Below are positions 1 through 8,268 of a DNA stretch of 48,835 bases, in pieces. The translations under genes were made by a program, and so were the position numbers. Every line of letters starts with the position of its first letter. The first letter of the stretch is position 1. Below the pieces are notes generated by a model. The model was not told the DNA's origin. It saw only the letters and a list, made by a program, of their open reading frames with translations, and did not search any database. This DNA is from a virus. Lineage: Duplodnaviria; Heunggongvirae; Uroviricota; Caudoviricetes. Location: positions 1 through 48,835 of IMG/VR virus record IMGVR_UViG_2740892051_000004; one strand, written 5' to 3'.

Positions 1-228
1 ATGAGCTTATTGCCTCGGGAAAACGCACCCCAAAAAAGATATAGACTTCTGAGAATATCAGAAGTGATTAATTTGACTGGCTTACCCAAGTCAACAATTT
101 ATCTAAAGATAAAGAATGATGAATTTCCGAACCAAGTTTCTATCGGTTCTCGTTCTGTTGCATGGGTGGAGCATGAAGTTAATGAATGGATAGAGAAGAA
201 TATTCTCAATAGAAAATTAAACTCCTAA
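1..228 (+). CDS. alpA: AlpA-family DNA-binding regulator (prophage CP4-57 AlpA-like)
   Basis: 75 aa; HTH core 'RLLRISEVINLTGLPKSTIY' and C-terminal 'VAWVEHEVNEWI' match the AlpA/Vis/Xis small winged-helix pattern. Confidence 0.75.
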   Translation: MSLLPRENAPQKRYRLLRISEVINLTGLPKSTIYLKIKNDEFPNQVSIGSRSVAWVEHEVNEWIEKNILNRKLNS

Positions 229-245
229 ATTGAGGTGGCAAATAT

Positions 246-1106
246 ATGGTTGACAATGTTTTTAAGAAGAAATTGGCATCAATTAAGAACGAACATGTGT
301 CGGTGTTAGATAGTTACAAAGTAAGATCATTTAAAGAGACTCATAGCGACACGGCCTGTATTGTGCGTATTATTGAAATATATTCACTGAATAAGCTGCG
401 AGCTAAAGGTGAAAAGCTGTATTCACTTACGGGGTTAACAGTACCTGATACGGAAACTGTGGCGAATGAGATCAACCTGCTCCTGAGCCGTTATGCCCAG
501 TTGTGTCGTCAGGAAGAGGAAGAGTTATCTTTCCGGCAGCGTGAAGTGACAAATGCGGAAGTTGCATGGAAAAGCACATTCTCAAAAAACGGCGTCAGTA
601 GCATTGCTGAAGCCAAAACGAATAAAATGGGGCATGCTGAACGAGCGGATGCTGAACGGTATTACCATCTGGCTGTTTCCCGGTTGAATGAACAACATAG
701 TCGATTGAGCACGATCAAGCTTTTGCCGGGAGTACTGGCCGATGAAGGAAACTACATTGGGAAGGGAATCGATAAGCGTTTACTGAATATATTTCCTCAA
801 TCCGGCCAGATCCCTGCTGATTTTATTTCTGTATTTAATGACAGTGACGTTGTCCGTGATATTAAATTTATTACTGATGCACTCAAGTCTTTATCTGATT
901 CCGTGAGTGAAATTATTAGTCGTTGTAGCGTTCCAACTGATCGTTATGTATTAAATAACGGTGGAATGGCAAGAGCTATGGCTTACAGGGAGTACTATCG
1001 AGCAGATAATTATGTATTACGTTCAGTCGTAAGTGACCGGGATTATGTTGAGCATGTAATGAAATACAATCTGGTTACTGAGTACAAAAATAAAATCTTT
1101 TCTTAA
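246..1106 (+). CDS. hypothetical protein; possibly capsid scaffold (GpO-like by position and size only)
   Basis: 286 aa ORF directly upstream of capsid-like gene in P2 O-N order; no recognisable motif. Confidence 0.45.
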   Translation: MVDNVFKKKLASIKNEHVSVLDSYKVRSFKETHSDTACIVRIIEIYSLNKLRAKGEKLYSLTGLTVPDTETVANEINLLLSRYAQLCRQEEEELSFRQREVTNAEVAWKSTFSKNGVSSIAEAKTNKMGHAERADAERYYHLAVSRLNEQHSRLSTIKLLPGVLADEGNYIGKGIDKRLLNIFPQSGQIPADFISVFNDSDVVRDIKFITDALKSLSDSVSEIISRCSVPTDRYVLNNGGMARAMAYREYYRADNYVLRSVVSDRDYVEHVMKYNLVTEYKNKIFS

Positions 1107-1128
1107 ATACTTAAAAAGGTGAAAAACT

Positions 1129-2133
1129 ATGTATGCCTTCAAAACTGAAAGGCCGGACGCAGCACGTCGTTATCATAATAAATTCGTCACTGGCACTAAC
1201 TATCAGGAAGAATCAAACAGACGCTTTGCATTAAGCGAACCTACTGAAAATATACTGCGTACCTCAATTCTGGAATCCGGGTGGCTTATTAAAAATATTA
1301 CCCTACGTGATGTTAACGCCGTGTCAGGTAATGCCGTCAATATTGGTGCCAGTGAACTGTATACCGGACGTGTGGATGGTGGCCGTTTCCACAAAAAAAT
1401 GGCAATCAATGGTACGGAGTTCTTTCTGACAGAGACGGATACCTGCGCCCGGATCAGCTATTCCGATATGTCTCATATTTACCATACCGGCGTGCCGGAT
1501 GAGTTTGAGAAAACGGTTGAGAGCTTTTTTGCCCAGGCATATGCGCTGGACATGCTGCGGGTCGGTTTCAACGGTGTGTCGATTGCAAATACTACAAACC
1601 CGGAAATCAATAAAAAAGGCGAGGATGTCAATATTGGCTGGCATGCACTGGCGAAAGCCTACGGGAACGGAAAGCAAATCATCTCTGAGCCTGTCACTCT
1701 GGGAGAGACTGGCACCTGGAAAAATATTGATGCTCTGGCCAACCATCTGATTACAGAGCTTATTGCTGAGCAGTTTCGTGAAGATCCTCGTCTGGTTGTA
1801 CTGGTTGGGGCAGAGCTGGCAGCACATCAACGCCTGAAGTTATTTAATGCCGCAGACCGCCCGTCTGATGTGAATGCGGCACAGATGGCTACAAGTTCTG
1901 TTGCTGGCCGCTTTGCGTTTATTCCCCCGTTTATGCCGGGTAAGCGTCTGGCAGTAACGACGCTGGATAATCTGCATATTTACACTCAGGCGATAACACG
2001 CTGGTTTCGTGCTGAGTTTGATGATGAAAGCAGTGAATACGTGCATTCCTACCTGCGCAATGAAGGTTATGCACTCGGTGAACCTGAACTGTACGCGGCT
2101 GTTGATGAGTGCACCCTGACGTTTGCGGATTGA
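1129..2133 (+). CDS. putative P2-family major capsid protein (GpN-like)
   Basis: 334 aa; segments 'GFNGV...NIGW...IDALA...DPRLVVLVGAELAAH' resemble recalled P2 GpN conserved blocks; needs HMM confirmation. Confidence 0.5.
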   Translation: MYAFKTERPDAARRYHNKFVTGTNYQEESNRRFALSEPTENILRTSILESGWLIKNITLRDVNAVSGNAVNIGASELYTGRVDGGRFHKKMAINGTEFFLTETDTCARISYSDMSHIYHTGVPDEFEKTVESFFAQAYALDMLRVGFNGVSIANTTNPEINKKGEDVNIGWHALAKAYGNGKQIISEPVTLGETGTWKNIDALANHLITELIAEQFREDPRLVVLVGAELAAHQRLKLFNAADRPSDVNAAQMATSSVAGRFAFIPPFMPGKRLAVTTLDNLHIYTQAITRWFRAEFDDESSEYVHSYLRNEGYALGEPELYAAVDECTLTFAD

Positions 2134-2147
2134 CTTAGCGACAGAAA

Positions 2148-2176
2148 GACCCGCTCAGAGGCGGGTCTCGTTTACA
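2148..2176 (+). terminator. rho-independent terminator after capsid-like gene
   Basis: GACCCGC-tcagag-GCGGGTC hairpin followed by TCGTTT, 15 nt after stop codon. Confidence 0.5.
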
Positions 2177-2271
2177 GCATCAGGAAAAATGAAGAACTAT
2201 TTTTAAGCAGAGGCTTAAGCATGCCAGCGTTAATTAATCCAGGCAATGATCAGTTTTCGGTTATAAATTTC

Positions 2272-2301
2272 TTGCCTCACCAGGAATGCGCGGGATATAG
2301 T
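2272..2301 (+). promoter_or_regulatory. candidate sigma70 promoter (P4 PLE-like) upstream of immunity region
   Basis: TTGCCT-N18-TATAGT upstream of seqA. Confidence 0.3.
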
Positions 2302-2332
2302 TTAAAGGTTGCCGCAAAATCGGCAGCCGGGC

Positions 2333-2356
2333 GTAGGAACCCGTGTTATCTGAAGG
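2333..2356 (+). promoter_or_regulatory. seqA-like target of CI immunity RNA
   Basis: GTAGGAA...TCTGAAGG; both arms exactly complementary to seqB (2510..2531). Confidence 0.5.
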
Positions 2357-2469
2357 CGATACTACACGCGCTAGGCGTGTTTTTTTGTGTCGCAGCTTTG
2401 ACTCACCTAAAATTTATGGTGTGGTGGCTGATTGTATTTTTTTATTTTTTACGCCACATCATCAGAATT

Positions 2470-2545
2470 ATGGTAGTCCAGGCGGGGCAGCTTTCGGGCT
2501 GGCCGGTATCCTTCAGAGCCGGTATTCCTACCCCCGTCTGGGCTA
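2470..2545 (+). ncRNA. P4-type CI immunity RNA (C4 antisense RNA-like) containing seqB; ends approximate
   Basis: seqB core CCTTCAGA-GCCGGTA-TTCCTAC at 2510..2531 is antiparallel-complementary to seqA and seqC; sits in a leader upstream of early ORFs as in P4. Confidence 0.45.
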
Positions 2546-2557
2546 CCACCCATGAGC

Positions 2558-2599
2558 GTAGGAACTCCGGTGGTAGCGTTACCCGCTATCTGAAGGAGG
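2558..2599 (+). promoter_or_regulatory. seqC-like target overlapping ribosome-binding site of first early ORF
   Basis: GTAGGAA...TCTGAAGG repeat of seqA, ending in AGGAGG 9 nt before ATG at 2608. Confidence 0.5.
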
Positions 2600-2607
2600 T
2601 TGCCATT

Positions 2608-2811
2608 ATGGCTACAGTCCCTGCTTTATCTCACCCTGAATTTACCTTTGTCTTTCTGGCTGTCCGCCGTACAGACCGTGATGCCCGTCCACGCCCTGTG
2701 CGTGTAATCGCAGAATGCGAGCATGCTGCACGCCTTAAACTTGCCACTGAATTTATCCTGAGCTTTGCTGCCCGTATCCCTGTGAAAAGAGCCGGGGAGG
2801 TGGTTGCATGA
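2608..2811 (+). CDS. hypothetical small early protein (satellite)
   Basis: 68-codon 3' part of track ORF 2221..2811 starting at internal ATG with AGGAGG RBS; upstream part of that ORF spans the RNA region. Confidence 0.5.
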   Translation: MATVPALSHPEFTFVFLAVRRTDRDARPRPVRVIAECEHAARLKLATEFILSFAARIPVKRAGEVVA

Positions 2812-3044
2812 AATCCATGAATTTTAAGCAAGGCTGCATATTGAGTGAACAGGGGGAGAGTCGTCTGTTACGGGCGGCACTGGCCAGTGAGTTTCTTGCA
2901 GAGGTCTTGTCCGTGCCCACAGTGAATGGAGCGAGAACTGTTTCAGCGGAAGGCGCTGCGGCTTTAGTGGCCTGTATTGCCGAACAACTGGATGGCGTTG
3001 TTAAGGAAACCAGCACAATTAAGGGAGTGATGCGCGATGAATAA
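2808..3044 (+). CDS. hypothetical protein (satellite early operon)
   Basis: 78 aa ORF, 4-nt overlap with flanking ORFs (translational coupling). Confidence 0.5.
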   Translation: MKSMNFKQGCILSEQGESRLLRAALASEFLAEVLSVPTVNGARTVSAEGAAALVACIAEQLDGVVKETSTIKGVMRDE

Positions 3045-3447
3045 TAATCAAAATTTAAAGGCGCATGCTTTACGAACAGCAGTCTTACGCTACTACATTG
3101 CTGATGCATTCATTTCCTTAATGGTGCGTGTTCATAATGAACCTGTTTATATTGAAGATGGCGAACGAATAGAACTCTCCCACGAAAAAGTGGTGAGTAA
3201 TATTATTTACCATATTGAAATGCCGTGGGTGAATGAGTTTGGGGCTGATGCTGGTTGCATACTGGCCGCAGAGAAACTGGAAAAAATGCTTAAACCAGGC
3301 TTTATGTCAGAAAATATTCGCCTGTCAGTTTTTGGTGTCACAGAGATGCGTGAGGTTTACCGGGATATTATTTTCGGAGCACCTGATGGCGAACTACCCG
3401 AAGGTTTTGAATTTGTGAAGCCGGAAGGTCAGGAGGTGCTGCTGTGA
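3037..3447 (+). CDS. hypothetical protein upstream of primase (position of P4 eps/orf151)
   Basis: 136 aa ORF overlapping primase start by 4 nt. Confidence 0.55.
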   Translation: MNNNQNLKAHALRTAVLRYYIADAFISLMVRVHNEPVYIEDGERIELSHEKVVSNIIYHIEMPWVNEFGADAGCILAAEKLEKMLKPGFMSENIRLSVFGVTEMREVYRDIIFGAPDGELPEGFEFVKPEGQEVLL

Positions 3448-6131
3448 AAACACCGTCTGTATCCACGATTTCCGGAGCTGCAATTGGGCGCTGGCCTTAT
3501 ATCCTGTCAGCATTAGGTATTAAAGTACCGTCCGCAGGACATCATGGGGCTTGCCCTGCCTGTGGTGGAAAAGATCGTTTTCGACTGGACGATAAAGCGG
3601 GGCGAGGGACGTGGTTTTGTAATCAGTGCGGTCATGGCGATGGTCTTGATCTGGTTCGTCTGGTGACAGGAAGAAAGATAAAAGAAGTCGCCGGGATGGT
3701 ATCTGAGGCGCTTGCATTACCAGAAATACAGGAGAAGCCCGCATTGCCAGCCAGGAAAAAGGCCGCAGGAAAAGAAGCGGGCGCGGAGCGATATACCAGA
3801 CTCAGACAGCAGTCCTGCAATGGTGAGCCGGTCTATCTGACAAATAAGAGCTTACACGGGTATTCACTTCCCTTGCTGTCACAGCCTTTGAATCTGGCCG
3901 GAATAACATTTTCCACCGGTTCATTACTGCTGCCTTTGACGGATATTTCCGGGAATATTACTGGTGGCCAGCTTATCAATCCTGACGGGGATAAAAGTCT
4001 GCTGCCCGGTAGCCAGCTGTCTGGCGCATTCATTGCCCTGACCGATATACCCGCTGAAACACCTGAACAGGTGATTATCACTGAGGGTTTTGCCACGGCG
4101 CTTACCGTCAGTCTGCTGACTGAAGGATGGATCGTGGCGGCTGTCGCTGCCACCAATTTACTGAAGGTGACGGAGCAGATCCGAAAACGCTGGCCGGAAA
4201 CCCGGATCATTCTGGCCGGAGATAATGATCTGGCTGACGGCAAAGAAAACACCGGGCGTATTCAGGCAGAGAAAGCCGCCAAAGCGGTGGATGGCTGGGT
4301 AACGCTCCCTCCGGTACGCCATAAGGCTGACTGGGATGATTATCGGCAGGAAGTGGGGAAAGAACGGGCGAGAGATGCCTTTCGTGAAGAAATGACGCTG
4401 CATGGCAAAGGGCAGACCCGTTTACCAGAAGGGTTCCGGCTGACAAAAGAATATTTGTGGTACGACAAGCTGGTTAATAAGTCTGATGGTGATACAGAGA
4501 TACGTAATATCAAAATTTGCAGTCCGTTGCGGGTGACGGCAATCACCAGTGATGCTGATGGAAGTAATTACGGGCGTTTGCTGGAATGGGAAGATACCAA
4601 CGGAAACAGCCGTAAATGGGCAATGCCGATGGAGATGCTGGGCGGTAGCGGGGAAGAACTGCGCCGCGTTCTGCTGGTTAACGGGCTTTCTTACATCAAC
4701 ATTAACGGCATGGCCAGAGCATTCCTGATGGAATATATCTCGCTGTGTAAACCGGACAGAAAAGTAACCTGTGTGAATAAAACTGGCTGGCACGGCGGGG
4801 TTTACGTTCTCCAGGATGAAGTGATAGGGCGCGAAGCCCAGTCAGTCATCTTACAAACATCGAGTGTGCAGGGGCGTGATTTTCGTGTCAGCGGCACATC
4901 AGAGGGCTGGCGTGAAAATATAGGCCGTTATTGCATAAAGAATGCCCGTCTTGCCTTTGCGGTGAGTCTGGCATTTGCTGCCCCCCTTCTGAAACTGGTT
5001 GGTATCGGCGGTGGAGGTTATCACCTCAAAGGGGAATCCACAGACGGTAAAACCACGACGATGAAAGTGGCTGCATCAGTATGTGGTGGAACAGATTTCT
5101 GGCATACGTGGCGGGCGACGGGGAATGCCTTAGAAGGAACGGCGAGCCGCCGCAATGATGCCACGCTGATGCTGGATGAAATCCGGGAGGTTGACGGCAG
5201 GGAGGCGGGAAATATCGCTTATATGCTGGCTAACGGGCAGGGCAAAGCCAGAGCCAGAACAGATGGTTCGGTAAGGGAAACCAACCGCTGGAATCTGTTG
5301 TTTCTGTCTACCGGGGAACTGTCACTGGTAGAGCATGCGGCAAGCGCCGGGGAACGTACGTATGCCGGGGTTGAGGTCAGAATGATCCAGATCCCAAGCG
5401 ATTCGGGCAAGTATGGCGTGTTTGAAGAACTTCATGGCTTCAGTAGCGGGAAAACCCTGGCTGAGCATCTTGAGCAGCACGTAGCGCATTATCATGGTGC
5501 ACCATTCCGCGACTGGCTGTATTGCCTGACCGCTGATCTGCCGGAACTGACCAGTCAGGCGAAAGCCTTATTGAAAGAGTATACCCGAAGGCTGACGCCG
5601 GAAAATGCCGGGAATCAGGTTGGCCGGGCTGTTACCCGTTTTGCTCTGGTTGCGATGGCCGGGGAGCTGGCCACAAAAGCGGGCATCACAGGATGGCCGG
5701 AGGGAGAGGCCTTTCGTGCCGCTCAAAGCTGTCTGGCTGCATGGATGGCTGACCGGGGCCATACAGCTAATCAGGAAGATAAAGCGGCACTTGAACAGGT
5801 TCGGGACTTCATGACGCGTAATCAGTTCAGTCGGTTTGCTGACTGGAATGACGACAGGAACCGGCCTGTTTCAATGATGGGATTCAGAAAAGTCGATAAA
5901 GGAGACAACGTGACAGAGCCGGTTGTGACGTTCTACGTTCTCCCGTCAGGCTGGAAGGAGATCTGTAAGGGATTTGACTCGCGTAAGGTGGCCAGGTTGT
6001 GTGTGGACGCGGGCTGGCTGAAACCCGGTGAAGATGGCCGGACGCAAAACAGCATTCGCCTGCCAGAAATAGGGCTTAAACGTGTGTACCAGTTCAATAC
6101 ACAGGTACTGGGAAGCGCTGAACCTGAGTGA
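3444..6131 (+). CDS. P4 alpha-type primase-helicase
   Basis: 895 aa; N-terminal zinc ribbon CPACGG...CNQCGH, TOPRIM-like 'ITEGF...ILAGDNDL', Walker A 'GESTDGKTT'. Confidence 0.9.
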   Translation: MKTPSVSTISGAAIGRWPYILSALGIKVPSAGHHGACPACGGKDRFRLDDKAGRGTWFCNQCGHGDGLDLVRLVTGRKIKEVAGMVSEALALPEIQEKPALPARKKAAGKEAGAERYTRLRQQSCNGEPVYLTNKSLHGYSLPLLSQPLNLAGITFSTGSLLLPLTDISGNITGGQLINPDGDKSLLPGSQLSGAFIALTDIPAETPEQVIITEGFATALTVSLLTEGWIVAAVAATNLLKVTEQIRKRWPETRIILAGDNDLADGKENTGRIQAEKAAKAVDGWVTLPPVRHKADWDDYRQEVGKERARDAFREEMTLHGKGQTRLPEGFRLTKEYLWYDKLVNKSDGDTEIRNIKICSPLRVTAITSDADGSNYGRLLEWEDTNGNSRKWAMPMEMLGGSGEELRRVLLVNGLSYININGMARAFLMEYISLCKPDRKVTCVNKTGWHGGVYVLQDEVIGREAQSVILQTSSVQGRDFRVSGTSEGWRENIGRYCIKNARLAFAVSLAFAAPLLKLVGIGGGGYHLKGESTDGKTTTMKVAASVCGGTDFWHTWRATGNALEGTASRRNDATLMLDEIREVDGREAGNIAYMLANGQGKARARTDGSVRETNRWNLLFLSTGELSLVEHAASAGERTYAGVEVRMIQIPSDSGKYGVFEELHGFSSGKTLAEHLEQHVAHYHGAPFRDWLYCLTADLPELTSQAKALLKEYTRRLTPENAGNQVGRAVTRFALVAMAGELATKAGITGWPEGEAFRAAQSCLAAWMADRGHTANQEDKAALEQVRDFMTRNQFSRFADWNDDRNRPVSMMGFRKVDKGDNVTEPVVTFYVLPSGWKEICKGFDSRKVARLCVDAGWLKPGEDGRTQNSIRLPEIGLKRVYQFNTQVLGSAEPE

Positions 6132-6156
6132 TTATCGCGTGAGTCTTATTTTTATG

Positions 6157-6347
6157 AGGTAACACTGGTAACAGAGGTAACACCCGTTACTGATGCGGTT
6201 CTTCAGTGTTACCAGTCAAAAATACTGACTGGTAACAGAGGTAACAAAAAATGGTGTGTTACCACGCGTTACCTCTTGATTTTGCTAACTGGTAACAGAT
6301 TAAATCCTTTTAAATCAATAGCGTTACACGTGTTACCAGTGTTACAC
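6157..6347 (+). repeat. iteron array (satellite ori/crr-like)
   Basis: More than 12 copies of GGTAACA / TGTTACC in both orientations immediately after primase stop. Confidence 0.6.
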
Positions 6348-6413
6348 GTTCAGAACAAGAGGTAGGGATCCAAATCCCTTCTTCTGGCGGGCAACAGTAT
6401 AGGGCACAGAACG

Positions 6414-6686
6414 ATGAAGATGATGAGAATGTACTGCCCCACATGTCAGGCAGTAGCACGGATAGGTAAAACAAACAGGAAACACCCACAACTGTACGAT
6501 GTGTACTGCTATTGCTCTAATGTGGAGTGCGGTCACTCGTTTGTGATGAATGTTGCTTTCTCCCATTCCGTTAGTCCAAGCGCGCTGAACGGGCAGGGAA
6601 GGGTTAAAGAGCTGATTGATGCAATTCCACCCGAGGAACGGGAAAAGGCTTTAAAGTTGCTGCTGGCTGCGCAAAAGAATGGGTAA
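6414..6686 (+). CDS. Ogr/Delta-family zinc-finger late transcription activator
   Basis: 90 aa; 'CPTCQ...16 aa...CYCSNVECGH' C4 zinc finger as in P2 Ogr / P4 Delta. Confidence 0.7.
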   Translation: MKMMRMYCPTCQAVARIGKTNRKHPQLYDVYCYCSNVECGHSFVMNVAFSHSVSPSALNGQGRVKELIDAIPPEEREKALKLLLAAQKNG

Positions 6687-7365
6687 AGTATGCGTCGGGA
6701 ATGGCCGATCTGTTCCCGGAACCTGAACACAGGATTTCAGTTTATACGGTCATAAAATTATTATTTTTCAACTGGTTATCTTCTTCATGTTTCACAAACC
6801 TTCATAAAATCACACACCTAAAATTAATTATCCATTTAATATCATAGAGTTGCGTATTCAGGCCATAGATTCGACGGACAGTAAAACTGAAAAAAAATGA
6901 ATTTCTTTTCATTCTTTTCAGTTCCTGTATCGCAGTACATCTCGAGGACTGGCACGGACTGGCGGTATCGTTTGTAAAAAATCCAGGCTGAAAATTTTTA
7001 GTGATATGAAAACCGCAGGCGGGTGCGGTGTAGTGCCGTTTTGGTCTGTCGAGCGTATATTTTCCTTTTTCACGATTGCTGCATATCAAAACGAATGTGC
7101 AGATATCAGGCCGTGTCAAACCGTGAATCGTGGAGCCTAAATGCCCAAACTACGTTTGTAGACCTAGCTAGGGGAAGGTTTCCACATATACTGCTACCTA
7201 TCTTCCAGTCGCTGGTGAGGATCAAGGTAAGCTAACTGGTGAACAAGAAAAGTACTTTCGTATCTTGCGTACTCGTTTTTTTTGATTAGTATGTACAGGT
7301 AGTAACTGGATGGTGAGAATTCGTCATAACTTATCAAATTGCATGATGTTTATAGAGTATGAGTA

Positions 7366-8247
7366 ATGAGTCATAATAAAAAGGAATATGCTAAATTTTT
7401 CCGTCGCCCCATTTTTTCATCCTTAGCAAAAGGTAAGGATATTTCGGATTTATTTGGGAGTTTTGATTCTTACTGCTATGAAACACTGTTTTCAAACAAT
7501 GATAATAATGAACATGAGATTTCACTAAGGGATTTATTTACATCATTATATGATTTTTTGCGTCTGAATTATAGAAATGAATATGTTTATAAGACAGCAC
7601 TTGTCAATAAAATAATATTCGGTAAGCACAGCCCAAAAACAAGTTCGTCGTCCATAGAGTTACCAATTAAAAACTCTATAGTGGATGTTGCGGTGTTTAA
7701 TGGTACGTCTACAGCTTACGAGATTAAGACAGAGTATGATTCACCAAAAAGGTTGATTACTCAAGCCCCTGATTATTTGGATGTTTTTGATAAAGTGTAT
7801 ATAGTTACACATCCAGAGTATGCAAGTAAATATTGTGCTTTAAATCTCCCCAGAGTGGGAGTTATGGTTTTGAATAAAAAAGATCAATTGAGTGTCATTA
7901 AGGAGGCAGATTCAAATATTGATTATATTAAAAGTGACAGCTTGTTTTCAGTTCTTAGAAAGGAAGAGTTCTTAGCTATAATAGAAGATTACACTTCAAC
8001 TAAAATAAATATGCCTAACGGATTGGTTTATGAATATTGTAAAGAGATATTCATGCAGATGCCATTAAACATAGCAAATAAATACTTTATCTCTGCTATG
8101 AAAAAAAGATGTAACGATAAAGTTTTTTTGGATTATATTTATTCTCTTCCAGCATGTTTACGTGTTTTAGGTTATGCAACACCATTATCAAGAAAGCAAA
8201 AAGAATTCATCATGAATTTGATGGATGTAAAAATTAAAATTTGTTGA
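7366..8247 (+). CDS. PD-(D/E)xK nuclease-like protein, first gene of AT-rich cargo cassette (candidate defense)
   Basis: 293 aa; 'SIVDVAVFNGTSTAYEIKTEY' gives D...E-x-K catalytic signature; Lys/Asn/Ile-rich, strongly AT-rich DNA. Confidence 0.7.
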   Translation: MSHNKKEYAKFFRRPIFSSLAKGKDISDLFGSFDSYCYETLFSNNDNNEHEISLRDLFTSLYDFLRLNYRNEYVYKTALVNKIIFGKHSPKTSSSSIELPIKNSIVDVAVFNGTSTAYEIKTEYDSPKRLITQAPDYLDVFDKVYIVTHPEYASKYCALNLPRVGVMVLNKKDQLSVIKEADSNIDYIKSDSLFSVLRKEEFLAIIEDYTSTKINMPNGLVYEYCKEIFMQMPLNIANKYFISAMKKRCNDKVFLDYIYSLPACLRVLGYATPLSRKQKEFIMNLMDVKIKIC

Positions 8248-8268
8248 TATCCTCAGGAGTTGTAAGTT

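Noticed and set aside
2221-2811. 196 aa track ORF spanning the immunity RNA region
   Set aside because: The upstream two thirds covers the seqA/seqB/seqC elements and has no RBS; only the last 68 codons from the ATG at 2608 with an AGGAGG RBS look like a gene
3520-5814. Multiple 60 to 140 aa ORFs on both strands inside the primase-helicase gene
   Set aside because: Shadow ORFs within a long, well-supported CDS
6157-6347. Possible CRISPR array
   Set aside because: Repeats are 7 to 9 bp heptamers in both orientations with irregular short spacing, not 28 to 37 bp direct repeats with unique spacers; no cas genes
6802-7235. ORFs 6802..7119 (-) and 7023..7235 (+)
   Set aside because: No RBS, overlapping each other in an AT-rich intergenic tract; translations low-complexity
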